The notes under the pieces are model-generated. The model saw nothing but the letters and a program-made list of their open reading frames with translations. It had not been told where the DNA came from and did not search any database. From the NCBI GenBank assembly GCA_944386845.1, contig CALXCP010000008.1:1-52432 (forward strand): a stretch of 52,432 nt of DNA. The letters run 5' to 3'. Numbering within the stretch: position 1 is the first letter of the stretch; the number at the start of each line of letters is the position of its first letter. Below, one piece after another: positions 48,101-52,432 of the stretch. The position numbers and the translations under genes are program-made. Origin of the DNA: an uncultured Oscillospiraceae bacterium. Its GTDB lineage: Bacteria > Bacillota > Clostridia > Oscillospirales > Oscillospiraceae.

Positions 48101-48675
48101 TGCTCCCCCAGACTGCTCAGGTTGGACAGGTCCAGCTCGCCCAGGGGGAGCTGGGAGCAGCCGTAAAAGGCGCTCTCGCCGATCTCCGCCACCTGGGACA
48201 GGTCCAGGGTGCTGGTCAGTTTGTTGTCCCCCCGGAAGGCGTGGTCGCCGACCCTGGTCACCGTGGAGGGCAGGTCCACGGTGACCAGGTTGCTCATGCC
48301 GGAGAACGCGTAGTCCCCGACGGAGGTGACCCCTTCCTGGATGTAGACGGCGCTGATCATGCCGGCGTTGCCCGCCCAGGGGACTTCGCTGGCAGCGTCA
48401 TAGTTGGGCATGGGATAGCTCCCGGCGTCATCCTGATTGGTCTTATGAATGACCAGGCTGAGTGTGATGCCCGTCGACTCTGTCGCCATGTAGGTCGTGG
48501 CGGTGAGGCCGTCGCTCAGGACGTAGGTATATATCGCCTGAGGCTCGCCGATATCGCCCAGCTCATCCAGGCTGACGAACCCCCACGCCGGGGCGGGGAG
48601 CAGGGTGAACAGCAGGCAGACGGCCAGGGCGGCCGACAGGGCCCGCCGCAGGATGCGGGATGCTCGATGCTTCAT
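39196..48675 (-). CDS. giant (3159 aa) S-layer-homology-anchored surface protein: signal peptide, BspA-type leucine-rich repeats, multiple MBG/Ig-like (incl. Big_2) repeats, 3 C-terminal SLH domains
   Basis: N-terminal signal peptide. ~23-aa LRR units (AFxGCSKLTxVxLPxxVTxIGxxAF). Long Thr/Gly/Tyr-rich beta-repeat region (YTVTV...). C-terminal SLH repeats (FxDVxxGHWAYPYI..., TGYxDGTFRPDxxITRAEA). RBS AAGGAGGAAC. Confidence 0.9.
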   Translation of the reverse strand: MKHRASRILRRALSAALAVCLLFTLLPAPAWGFVSLDELGDIGEPQAIYTYVLSDGLTATTYMATESTGITLSLVIHKTNQDDAGSYPMPNYDAASEVPWAGNAGMISAVYIQEGVTSVGDYAFSGMSNLVTVDLPSTVTRVGDHAFRGDNKLTSTLDLSQVAEIGESAFYGCSQLPLGELDLSNLSSLGEQAFRGCSKLTGVTLPIGSAFNAIPSYAFAGTGLTSVNIPSNIKTVGDDAFNGCSKLSNIVLQGAETIGASAFYNVPVQTLSLPDTLLSIGASAFERSLSAADTPLTSLTIPESVTSIGDKAFFNHKNLATVTIQGTALAKDDAIGDAAFGDSIANAHSEYIDDPDNEGAQILIGTIFLAEEKVLAALEAGGGDICYLGETSPLTLDGDRSYPATCAHEGQNVYTYSYNGVQKELVETLAKLPDHDWVRIEDKYRPATCTQYGAFYEECANSVCALHPDELHSRYVQNSGDEPLGHKYQLTAATTDLTGGGTITFTCANEENGRHDGEGMAAEVTFTIPSAGSLSGTPLQTLGELELPEVTGGTLSWAEPDAYLSADQSAYAVVFTPDPLTYADYKGIDKVTEFNDAPLTVAVTVDKISLSFDDVRLSGTLVYRSDDLPDQAVTVSGGPDRSTLTEDPKVEYFDGSGWSGTVPSRDTLLNDGQVRVTYTFDPDAYAAPDAAQLPDGYSYSADNDTGEVTITHPYTIVAQDIQNAAISPIPSLTYSGKDMDTVSFSGVPFGSTVNWTATKGGQQVASGSFDSSETESSFDDIQLTEAGTYEISVTITNENTGVEGDTVTLTTEVTIARQSVPLPTVSADLTYDGTEQTGVSKPQDETQYALTGTTAATDAGDYTATAELASGNFVWADGETALERQFSWSIARRALVAPTMAVSGDAVLTYDGGLQQGVRAPSISIDDFQVTISYEAGDNGTQTMVGTIDGTDITAFRVTNAQALNAATYQAIATVENADNFYWYGKAEGEQAAYTVGSYTISPKAVPAPTVIVTSAVYTGEDFDESNIQIDYGAANAQILEEKNELSGETADPQYTYYTNSTGTETVSRVVDAGTYWLAVSYTLNGNYTFQSNPRVMVTIGQAALTLKAPDASQLSKPYTGQLIGIPAPAVSGEIAGESAAAGDWTLVYTVTRDGEPVEPDDIVAAGTYDISVTVRAGGNYKGDPSPLEYALTVTGASGQDITLTPSEGTTLGENDDITKTLGDVGFTVTGAGTLDPTADIRYAVTDNDPNDGAEGTQVISVDESSGQVTILAAGTATVTVTAEKTDNVAKSATTYTVTVERADPVLDVSAYSAEGGNTFPYNGGSPITGYDKATVSGVSDKSLPQPDQTKLVYTFYDTQEAAQAGDGGSTTAPGQVNEGGCWLVVSYPGDANYDAAKSEPIQIFVVEGKLTVSVTGYTDEYDGDEHPAAAITVSYGGAALTPGSDYSIAFSKTEGGPYDIEAMPTVTGVADSGTWYYQITADGYQTDTGSFTAAVTAVPLTLSADLTAEKVYDGKNTAAVTMDTAPLTGVNGETIGVSVSAAYDGTGVGDRTITVTYALTANGVDLGNYAFQNEDGETLARNENTVTETADGKITARPVVIVLDDQKKVYDGTDDVALTGTVEITGVTGDPDSGVVDGETLTASLVPDAAGTASRADVGDDLTVTVAESQIQLTGGTAGNYTFTVSAPALAITHRPVTLQIGKDTGVYGVTPDLSGVSLEDITDETDEGPNSGMVQGQDPMDLFGDLLTVDQGKDPKLTVNGGPDGDGKYAITATQNGEIGNYNVTFKPGTYTVTRRPVTIVIRDAGSLYGQEISQLGHDVKSGSGTYDIVSDDDLTITLSTDAQTGSGAGSYAITGQASGADLGNYAVTFEGQTPWTGEAPEAPDGNSWGTYTVSRATLGLTFASDPLFVPYGDSRANGMTLVNASADGKELTETERGALTFTYRPDNEDAVSVDKDGRVTALQGSRTATITVTVTGDDFNTLEKTYQVTTYPAGGGASGLTVTGRDATYTGQPQALVTVYIPEGVGVSLTWSVSRRNANGSYTEMQPQQDVNGLPAATDAGDYRVTWSADFDDSGYDDITGQTVDVTIAKADPFTGFAHDTLTKEYPTVTSYDGTDETEGDPLRDLPDELTDKVEYTSLDTTVATVVSKSHAQVQLHRVGTATIQAYYGGDDNYNSKLATYTLNVVAEGSQIEYQAAPYSVPYDGQPHGSQITVDGSYNATVWYQTSTGGGYSSAVSPTITDVGSLDIRFQLQAEGYTSTTGIQTVTVTAKDLGAADVALTGLAEGAQLPYTGAGIDPAAAVRLTYKGMALTPGADYTASYAAVGGGASLDSSDLPLTAGDYTLTLTGGGNYTGTRTVGFSVTALDASYLTASLDRYYGTYGDPETNTATVTVTYGGEALTLGEDYILSCDGTESSDNTLTFTQVRSHTVAVTGTGSYTGTVTLTYTLLPASDPGGLTLTADGSASPVVAVYGDDINGTISVADPSGSGLPLDPALYDLTYTYQDALGGAVQDKGTYDPDAVFNGAAPAPAGLYVVTATLKAGGGTEGSGTFVFLVQKRSLDGADIALDADGLVYDGEPQTPGVTSVAWGTLGDLDITADDYDITWKNNKNAGQGYAVVSAETGSNNFTGTAAVPFSIAPLELSAANGFTVDPISEQLITAGGEARPGVTVRDKNGTALASGDYTLTYADNGAAGTASVTVHGRGNYTGDTLTAEFTVTLSGVRFQLTVENTAWTWGSGTDAGAIRVLTDNDAELVLGNDYTLTVTGPDGTAVGYATADDARAAIAEPGTYTVTAQGSGTGSYSTGMVSSVTVTVSRARPSLTVAASPASHTGSTSITLTVTAAGLPAGVDLDGEELLTVTRTVSGGSAAALEPLSLTQGSDPNTYTAVFQAPNSDASYRFSIDLTAEPFTAAGGYDAGHYELPDVTPASAVVYASGGGGGGSAGSQAVTHSPYVAGYEDGTFRPDGNITRAEAASIFARLLAGDDPVPGGLPAPFDDVVPGDWYYDIVNYLYRHGITAGRGNGLFAPEDTITRAEFVTMCAQFAAYAPVDTVNAFADVSAGHWAYPYINYAVREGWVTGYADGTFRPDAPITRAEAVVVVNGMLHRAPDTGYLQSHGETEALFRDLSDGHWAFPQIMEAAWQHRAVLTEDGERWQ

Positions 48676-48715
48676 GTTCGGTTCCTCCTTCTGATCAGAT
48701 CGTGCGGGGCAGGGG

Positions 48716-48755
48716 GGCGGACATGGACAAAATGGATATTTTGTCCATGCCCGCC
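48716..48755. repeat. left inverted repeat / recombinase-type site (IR-L), core GGACAAAATGGATATTTTGTCC
   Basis: Internally palindromic arms CATGGACAAAAT / ATTTTGTCCATG around GGAT. Core at 48725-48746. Confidence 0.7.
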
Positions 48756-48970
48756 GGGCCCCTGCGGCGGCCGGACCGCTCCGGAGCGGTCCGGGACGGC
48801 CAAAAAAGGAAATAAATGGAAGGACATGGACGCGCAGAGCGAGGCCGCCGGCGGGATCTTCGTCAACGGTCTGCTTTTCCGCGCGTAAAACAGGAAAAGG
48901 TCTTGATAAAAAGGAAAAATTATGCTAATGTAAAAGAACAGTTATGCAATACAGCGGAATATGTGGGGGA
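48756..48970. other. putative invertible promoter segment (phase-variation switch) upstream of the giant surface-protein gene
   Basis: Bounded by two copies of the same 22-bp site in opposite orientation. Contains promoter-like hexamers on both strands. Adjacent tyrosine recombinase gene. Confidence 0.55.
48903..48931 (+). promoter_or_regulatory. promoter TTGATA-17-TGcTAATGT (extended -10) inside the invertible segment, currently facing away from the surface-protein gene
   Basis: Hexamers at 48903-48908 and 48926-48931 with TG at 48923-48924. Confidence 0.5.
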
Positions 48971-49005
48971 GCGCGCCGGACAAAATATCCATTTTGTCCG
49001 GCGCG
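48971..49005. repeat. right inverted repeat / recombinase-type site (IR-R), core GGACAAAATATCCATTTTGTCC
   Basis: Core 48978-48999 is the exact reverse complement of the IR-L core. Arms GCGCGCCGGACAAAAT / ATTTTGTCCGGCGCG. Abuts the recombinase stop codon. Confidence 0.7.
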
Positions 49006-49857
49006 TTACGACAACAGCCCCAGCCGGGCCATCTGCCGGGCGTGTTCGGCGCCGGTGGAGATCAGGTAGAGCCGGGTGGTCTCCACGCTGCTGTGGCCCA
49101 GGATGTCGGCCAGCCGGGCCATGTCCCGGCACGCCCGGTAGAACGTCCGGGCGAACAGGTGGCGCAGGTTGTGGGGGAACACCTTGCTGGGGGCCACCCC
49201 CGCCCGGGGGCACAGGGATTTCATCTCCGCCCAGATCTGCTTCCGGGACAGGCCGTTCCCCGCCGCCGTGAGGAAGATCTCCCCCGTCCCGATGCCCCGC
49301 CGCCTGGCATAGGCCAGCAGCCTGCGGCACAGCTTGCCGGGCAGCAGGATGGTGCGGATCTTCCCCTTCAGGGCCACGTCGGCCCGCCGGGCCCGGGCGG
49401 CCTCCACGGTGAGATACCGCACCTCGGACACCCGGATGCCGGTGGAGCAGATGGCCTCCAGCAGCAGGGCCAGCCGCTCCCGCCCCGCCTCCCGGGCCGC
49501 CGAGAGCAGCCGGCCGTACTCCTCCCGGGTGAGCTCCCGCTCGTCCCCCCGGAACAGCCGGCGCTGCAGCCGGAGATAGCGCACCCGGAAGGGGGCGCCG
49601 GCGTGGGAGAGAAATTTGTTCACCGCCCCCAGCATGGAGTTGACGGTGGCGGGGGCGTATCCCCGGGCGGTCAGGTGCTCCTTCCAGGCGGCGGCGGTCT
49701 CCCGGGTGAGGGGCCGCCCGGCCAGCCAGCCGTCCAGCGTCTCCAGGTCCCGGAGATACTTCCGCACCGTCCCCGGGCTGCGCTCCTCCCGCAGCAGCTC
49801 GTCCTTCAGGGCGCGCCGCGCCTGGGGGCCGGGGTCCCACAGGTCCCGTTCAGTCAT
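49006..49857 (-). CDS. tyrosine-type site-specific recombinase (XerC/XerD/integrase family)
   Basis: 283 aa. N-terminal SAM-like core-binding domain. Catalytic-domain motifs HNLRHLFAR (box I/II Arg-His-Arg region) and LGHSSVETTRLYL (catalytic Tyr). Confidence 0.85.
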   Translation of the reverse strand: MTERDLWDPGPQARRALKDELLREERSPGTVRKYLRDLETLDGWLAGRPLTRETAAAWKEHLTARGYAPATVNSMLGAVNKFLSHAGAPFRVRYLRLQRRLFRGDERELTREEYGRLLSAAREAGRERLALLLEAICSTGIRVSEVRYLTVEAARARRADVALKGKIRTILLPGKLCRRLLAYARRRGIGTGEIFLTAAGNGLSRKQIWAEMKSLCPRAGVAPSKVFPHNLRHLFARTFYRACRDMARLADILGHSSVETTRLYLISTGAEHARQMARLGLLS

Positions 49858-49980
49858 GTCCAGTCCCTCCTTCGTGTGGGGCCCGCTCCCGGGCCCGTCC
49901 CTATCATAGACCGGAAAGGCCGTCGGAAAATAGGAAAATATGGTAAAACCGACGGAAAACTTCCCCGACCGGAAAAAGCC

Positions 49981-50020
49981 CGGCGGAGGTCAACAGACCT
50001 CCGCCGGGCTTTTGGGCGCA
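49981..50020. terminator. bidirectional terminator
   Basis: GCCCGGCGGAGGTC-AACA-GACCTCCGCCGGGC flanked by AAAAA and TTTT. Confidence 0.7.
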
Positions 50021-50025
50021 AAAAC

Positions 50026-50060
50026 GGGCGGCGCAGAAACGCCGCCCGTATGCCGGACAT
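50026..50060 (-). terminator. rho-independent terminator for the ireB-like gene
   Basis: ACGGGCGGCG-CAGAAA-CGCCGCCCGT. On the minus strand it is followed by TTTTTGCGCCC. Confidence 0.7.
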
Positions 50061-50064
50061 CGAC

Positions 50065-50313
50065 TCAGTGGGTCAGGTAGTACTTCACCAGCGCCTGGAG
50101 CAGCTCGTCCCGGTCCAGCTTGCGGATGAGGGCCCGGGCGCCGTTGTGGTTGGTGATGTAGGTGGGGTCCTCGGAGAGGATGTAGCCCACGATCTGGTTG
50201 ATGGGGTTGTAGCCCTTCTCCTGCAGCGCCTGATAGACGGTGGTGAGGATGGTCTTGATCTCCAGATCCTTCTCGTCCGTGATGCTGAACTTGCGGGTGA
50301 AATCCATATCCAT
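50065..50313 (-). CDS. ireB: UPF0297/IreB-family small protein
   Basis: [51 protein letters not shown] is a conserved IreB core. Start at MDMDFT behind GGGGAGG. The track N-extension is unlikely to be real. Confidence 0.7.
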   Translation of the reverse strand: MDMDFTRKFSITDEKDLEIKTILTTVYQALQEKGYNPINQIVGYILSEDPTYITNHNGARALIRKLDRDELLQALVKYYLTH

Positions 50314-50413
50314 GTCAGGCGCACCTCCCCGGAAAAACTGAGTACAGTTTACTCCAAGTCGGCGTGTCTGTAAAGGGATTCCCGTCAATTTTCCGAAAAA
50401 CTTTCGGAAAACT

Positions 50414-51316
50414 TCAGAATCTCATCCGGGGCAGACCCTCCCAGGGGGCCATGTCGATGGTGAAGCCCGCCCCGAGGGCCCCCTGTCCGGTGTGGGTGCC
50501 GATGCTCAGGGGCAGCTCGTGGACCTCCACGGTGCAGCCGGGGAAGTGGACGGTCTCCAGCTCCTCCTTCCAGGCGGCGGCCTCCTCGGGGATGCCGGTG
50601 TGGGCGATGTGAGGGCGGACCAGCCCCTGCTCCCGGAAGGCGGCGAACCGGCCGGCCAGGTCGTCCTTCATGGCCTGGACGATGGCGGCCTTGGAGCTCT
50701 TCCGGCCCCGGACCTTGGCGAAGGCGTCCAGCTTGCCCCGCTCGATCTTCATCACCGGGCGGATGTTCAGCACGTCGCCGATGGCGGCCGCCGCGGGGGT
50801 GACCCGGCCGCCCTTCTTCAGGTATTTCAGGGTGTTCACCGTGATGTAGATGCACACGTTGTCGGCGTGGTCCTCCAGCCGGCGGCGGATCTCCTCGGGC
50901 TGCGCCCCCTGGTCGGCCAGGCGGCGGGCCTCCAGCACCGCCATCTTCAGGGTGGCCGAGATGGCGCAGTTGTCCACCACGGTGACCCGGCCGTCGAAGC
51001 CCCCGCTGAGCATCTGGGCGGTGGCGCAGGTGCCGCTGAGGCCGCTGGTCATGGGGATGAACACCAGGGACTCGTACTCCTCCAGCACCCGGGCCCACAG
51101 CCCGGCCATGGCGGCGGGAGAGGGCTGGGCGGTGGTGATGTCCGCCCCCTCGGCCTGCCGGCGGTAGAACTCCTCCGCCGTGATGGAGACGCCCTCCTCA
51201 TAGTCCGCCCCGTTGATGGAGATGGGCATAGGGACCACGAACACGCCGCCCATCTCCTCCGCCTGGGCGGGGAAGATGCCGCTGTTGGTGTCCGTCACGA
51301 TCGCGACTTTTTTCAC
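50414..51316 (-). CDS. DegV-family fatty-acid-binding protein
   Basis: [15 protein letters not shown]-terminus, DegV fold motifs (TAQPSP, GTCATAQ). GTG start behind AAGGAGGG. Confidence 0.85.
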   Translation of the reverse strand: MKKVAIVTDTNSGIFPAQAEEMGGVFVVPMPISINGADYEEGVSITAEEFYRRQAEGADITTAQPSPAAMAGLWARVLEEYESLVFIPMTSGLSGTCATAQMLSGGFDGRVTVVDNCAISATLKMAVLEARRLADQGAQPEEIRRRLEDHADNVCIYITVNTLKYLKKGGRVTPAAAAIGDVLNIRPVMKIERGKLDAFAKVRGRKSSKAAIVQAMKDDLAGRFAAFREQGLVRPHIAHTGIPEEAAAWKEELETVHFPGCTVEVHELPLSIGTHTGQGALGAGFTIDMAPWEGLPRMRF

Positions 51317-51495
51317 TGGGTTCCCTCCTTGGGGGCCAGGCGCGGCCCGGGCCCTCTCTCCAAAGCCCGGCGCGCCGGTATATGGGGCGCGCCGCCGGAG
51401 CGGCGCAGAACGAAAATGCCAGATATATCGAAAAACGTAGAGATATCGCCGGATAGTTTCGCGTGATGGGAGATATACCGCTGGAAATCAAACCT

Positions 51496-51524
51496 ATTAT
51501 ATCCTCCCCCGGGAGCATCGTCAA
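51496..51524 (-). promoter_or_regulatory. consensus promoter TTGACG-17-TATAAT (minus strand) with ~175-nt leader before degV
   Basis: Reverse complement of 51496-51524 reads TTGACGATGCTCCCGGGGGAGGATATAAT. Confidence 0.6.
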
Positions 51525-51540
51525 GGAAAACCGGGAAAAA

Positions 51541-51582
51541 TGTAGCGAAAAGGCCCCCGGGCCGCACGGCGGCCCGGGGGCC
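51541..51582 (-). terminator. rho-independent terminator for pheT
   Basis: 14-bp GC stem GGCCCCCGGGCCGC/GCGGCCCGGGGGCC followed on the minus strand by TTTTCGCTACA. Confidence 0.7.
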
Positions 51583-51599
51583 TGGGAGAGCGGGGCGGT

Positions 51600-52432
51600 T
51601 TACCGCAGCACGGCGCCGCAGTCCCGCTCCAGAGTCTCCAGGATAGACTTGACGTCTTCCTCCGCCTCTTCCGCGGTGAGGCTCCGGTCGTCGGCCCGGA
51701 GGGTGAGGCTGAAGGCCACGCTCTTCCTGCCCTCGGGGATGTTGGCCCCCCGGTAGATGTCGAAGAGGGCGACCCCCTTCAGCAGGCCCCTGGCCCCCTT
51801 GCGGATGGCGTCCTCCAGAGCGCCCACGGTGACCGCCTCGTCGCACACCACGGCGATGTCCCGCTCCACCGAGGGGTACCTGGGCAGGGGGACGTACTCC
51901 GGGTCGGCCCCCCTGGCCTCCAGCAGGGCGTTGAAGTCCAGCTCGGCGCAGTAGAACTCCGCCTCCACGCCGTAGTTGGCGGCCACCAGGGGGTGGATCT
52001 GGCCCAGAACGCCGATGCGGCAGTCCCCGGCGTACACGTCGGCCACCCGGCCGGGGTGGTAGGAGGGGTTGGGCACGGCGGGGACCTCGAAGCGGACGCC
52101 GGCCGCCCGGATCTCTGTCAGGATGGCCTCCACGGCCCCCTTCAGGGCGTAGAAGTCCATATCCGGCCCGTAGGCCCCCATGGAGAGCACCTTGTCCTCC
52201 GCCGCCAGGCCGTCCTCCCCGCCGGGCAGGTAGATCCGGCCCAGCTCATAGAGCTTGGCGCTCTGGTTGCGGTAGTTGTAGTTCCGGGTCAGGATCTCCA
52301 GCATGGAGGGCAGCACGGTGGTGCGCATGATGGAGGTGTCCTCCCCCAGGGGGTTCAGGATCTTGAAGCTCTCCCGCCGGGGGTCGTCGGCGGCCCAGCG
52401 GATCTTGTCGTACTGGGTGGGGGAGATGAAGG
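51600..52432 (-). CDS. pheT: phenylalanine--tRNA ligase beta subunit (3' portion; 5' end outside window)
   Basis: FKILNPLGEDTSIMRTTVLPSMLE (B5 region) and C-terminal FDX-ACB domain (RYPSVERDIAVV...VALFDIYRG...KSVAFSLTLR). Frame stays open to the window edge. Confidence 0.9.
   Translation of the reverse strand, partial: FISPTQYDKIRWAADDPRRESFKILNPLGEDTSIMRTTVLPSMLEILTRNYNYRNQSAKLYELGRIYLPGGEDGLAAEDKVLSMGAYGPDMDFYALKGAVEAILTEIRAAGVRFEVPAVPNPSYHPGRVADVYAGDCRIGVLGQIHPLVAANYGVEAEFYCAELDFNALLEARGADPEYVPLPRYPSVERDIAVVCDEAVTVGALEDAIRKGARGLLKGVALFDIYRGANIPEGRKSVAFSLTLRADDRSLTAEEAEEDVKSILETLERDCGAVLR

Noticed and set aside
45589-48888. 1099-aa plus-strand ORF
   Set aside because: Antisense to the well-supported 3159-aa surface-protein gene. 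Gly/Val/Asp-rich mirror translation of Thr/Gly-rich repeats.
48826-48891. 21-codon ORF (MDAQSEAAGGIFVNGLLFRA) inside the invertible segment
   Set aside because: Very short, weak or too-close RBS, and part of a long antisense frame. Insufficient evidence for a gene. Mentioned only because some invertible switches encode leader peptides.
48716-49005. IR-L and IR-R as ordinary rho-independent terminators
   Set aside because: Both are hairpins but lack downstream U-tracts. They share an identical 22-bp core in mutually inverted orientation including the asymmetric centre, which chance terminators would not.

Overview
High-GC (~70%) chromosomal segment of a Gram-positive anaerobe (Clostridia, Oscillospiraceae/Ruminococcaceae-like codon usage and gene content). 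Nearly all real genes have GGAGG-type RBSs, and most long ORFs on the opposite strand of real genes are GC-driven artefacts. Left to right, the window holds the following. (1) An ABC-2 export operon (ATPase plus two permeases) whose ATPase is 5'-truncated by the window edge and has an odd Cys/His-rich N-terminus. (2) A DUF169 gene and an AlaX-like tRNA editing protein, both on the minus strand. (3) feoA-feoB plus a TSCPD 4-Cys protein. (4) A DD-carboxypeptidase (minus strand). (5) comEA-like, an OmpR-type response regulator, a histidine kinase, a GerMN lipoprotein and metY. (6) A ytrA-like GntR-ABC operon with a perfect 16-bp inverted-repeat operator and a 44-codon coupled mini-ORF. (7) A minus-strand three-gene unit: hypothetical protein, Zn-macrodomain, and Sir2 with the catalytic His replaced by Gln. 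This is a SirTM-like ADP-ribosylation module that lacks the usual GcvH-L/LplA2 partners. (8) A divergent HxlR regulator with tandem GTCACC-N4-GGTGAC palindromes, followed by a family-4 UDG. (9) An accessory patch: an SPFH protein, a ribbon-helix-helix protein, a zinc-ribbon protein and three paralogous membrane-anchored proteins, one on the minus strand and two on the plus strand. (10) A non-canonical division/cell-wall (dcw) cluster: mraZ-rsmH-ftsL-PBP(2xPASTA)-[unknown 174 aa]-mraY-ftsW-murG-murA-ftsQ/divIB-ftsZ, then lysA and a DUF378 gene. (11) A 3159-aa SLH-anchored giant surface protein (BspA-type LRR, MBG/Big_2 Ig-like repeats). Its upstream region carries two copies of a 22-bp recombinase-type site in inverted orientation, 231 bp apart, flanking a promoter-bearing segment. 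A tyrosine recombinase gene sits directly adjacent. This has the hallmarks of a candidate phase-variable invertible promoter switch and is the most interesting feature in the window. (12) ireB-like, degV and the 3' part of pheT. No rRNA, tRNA or CRISPR array was recognised.
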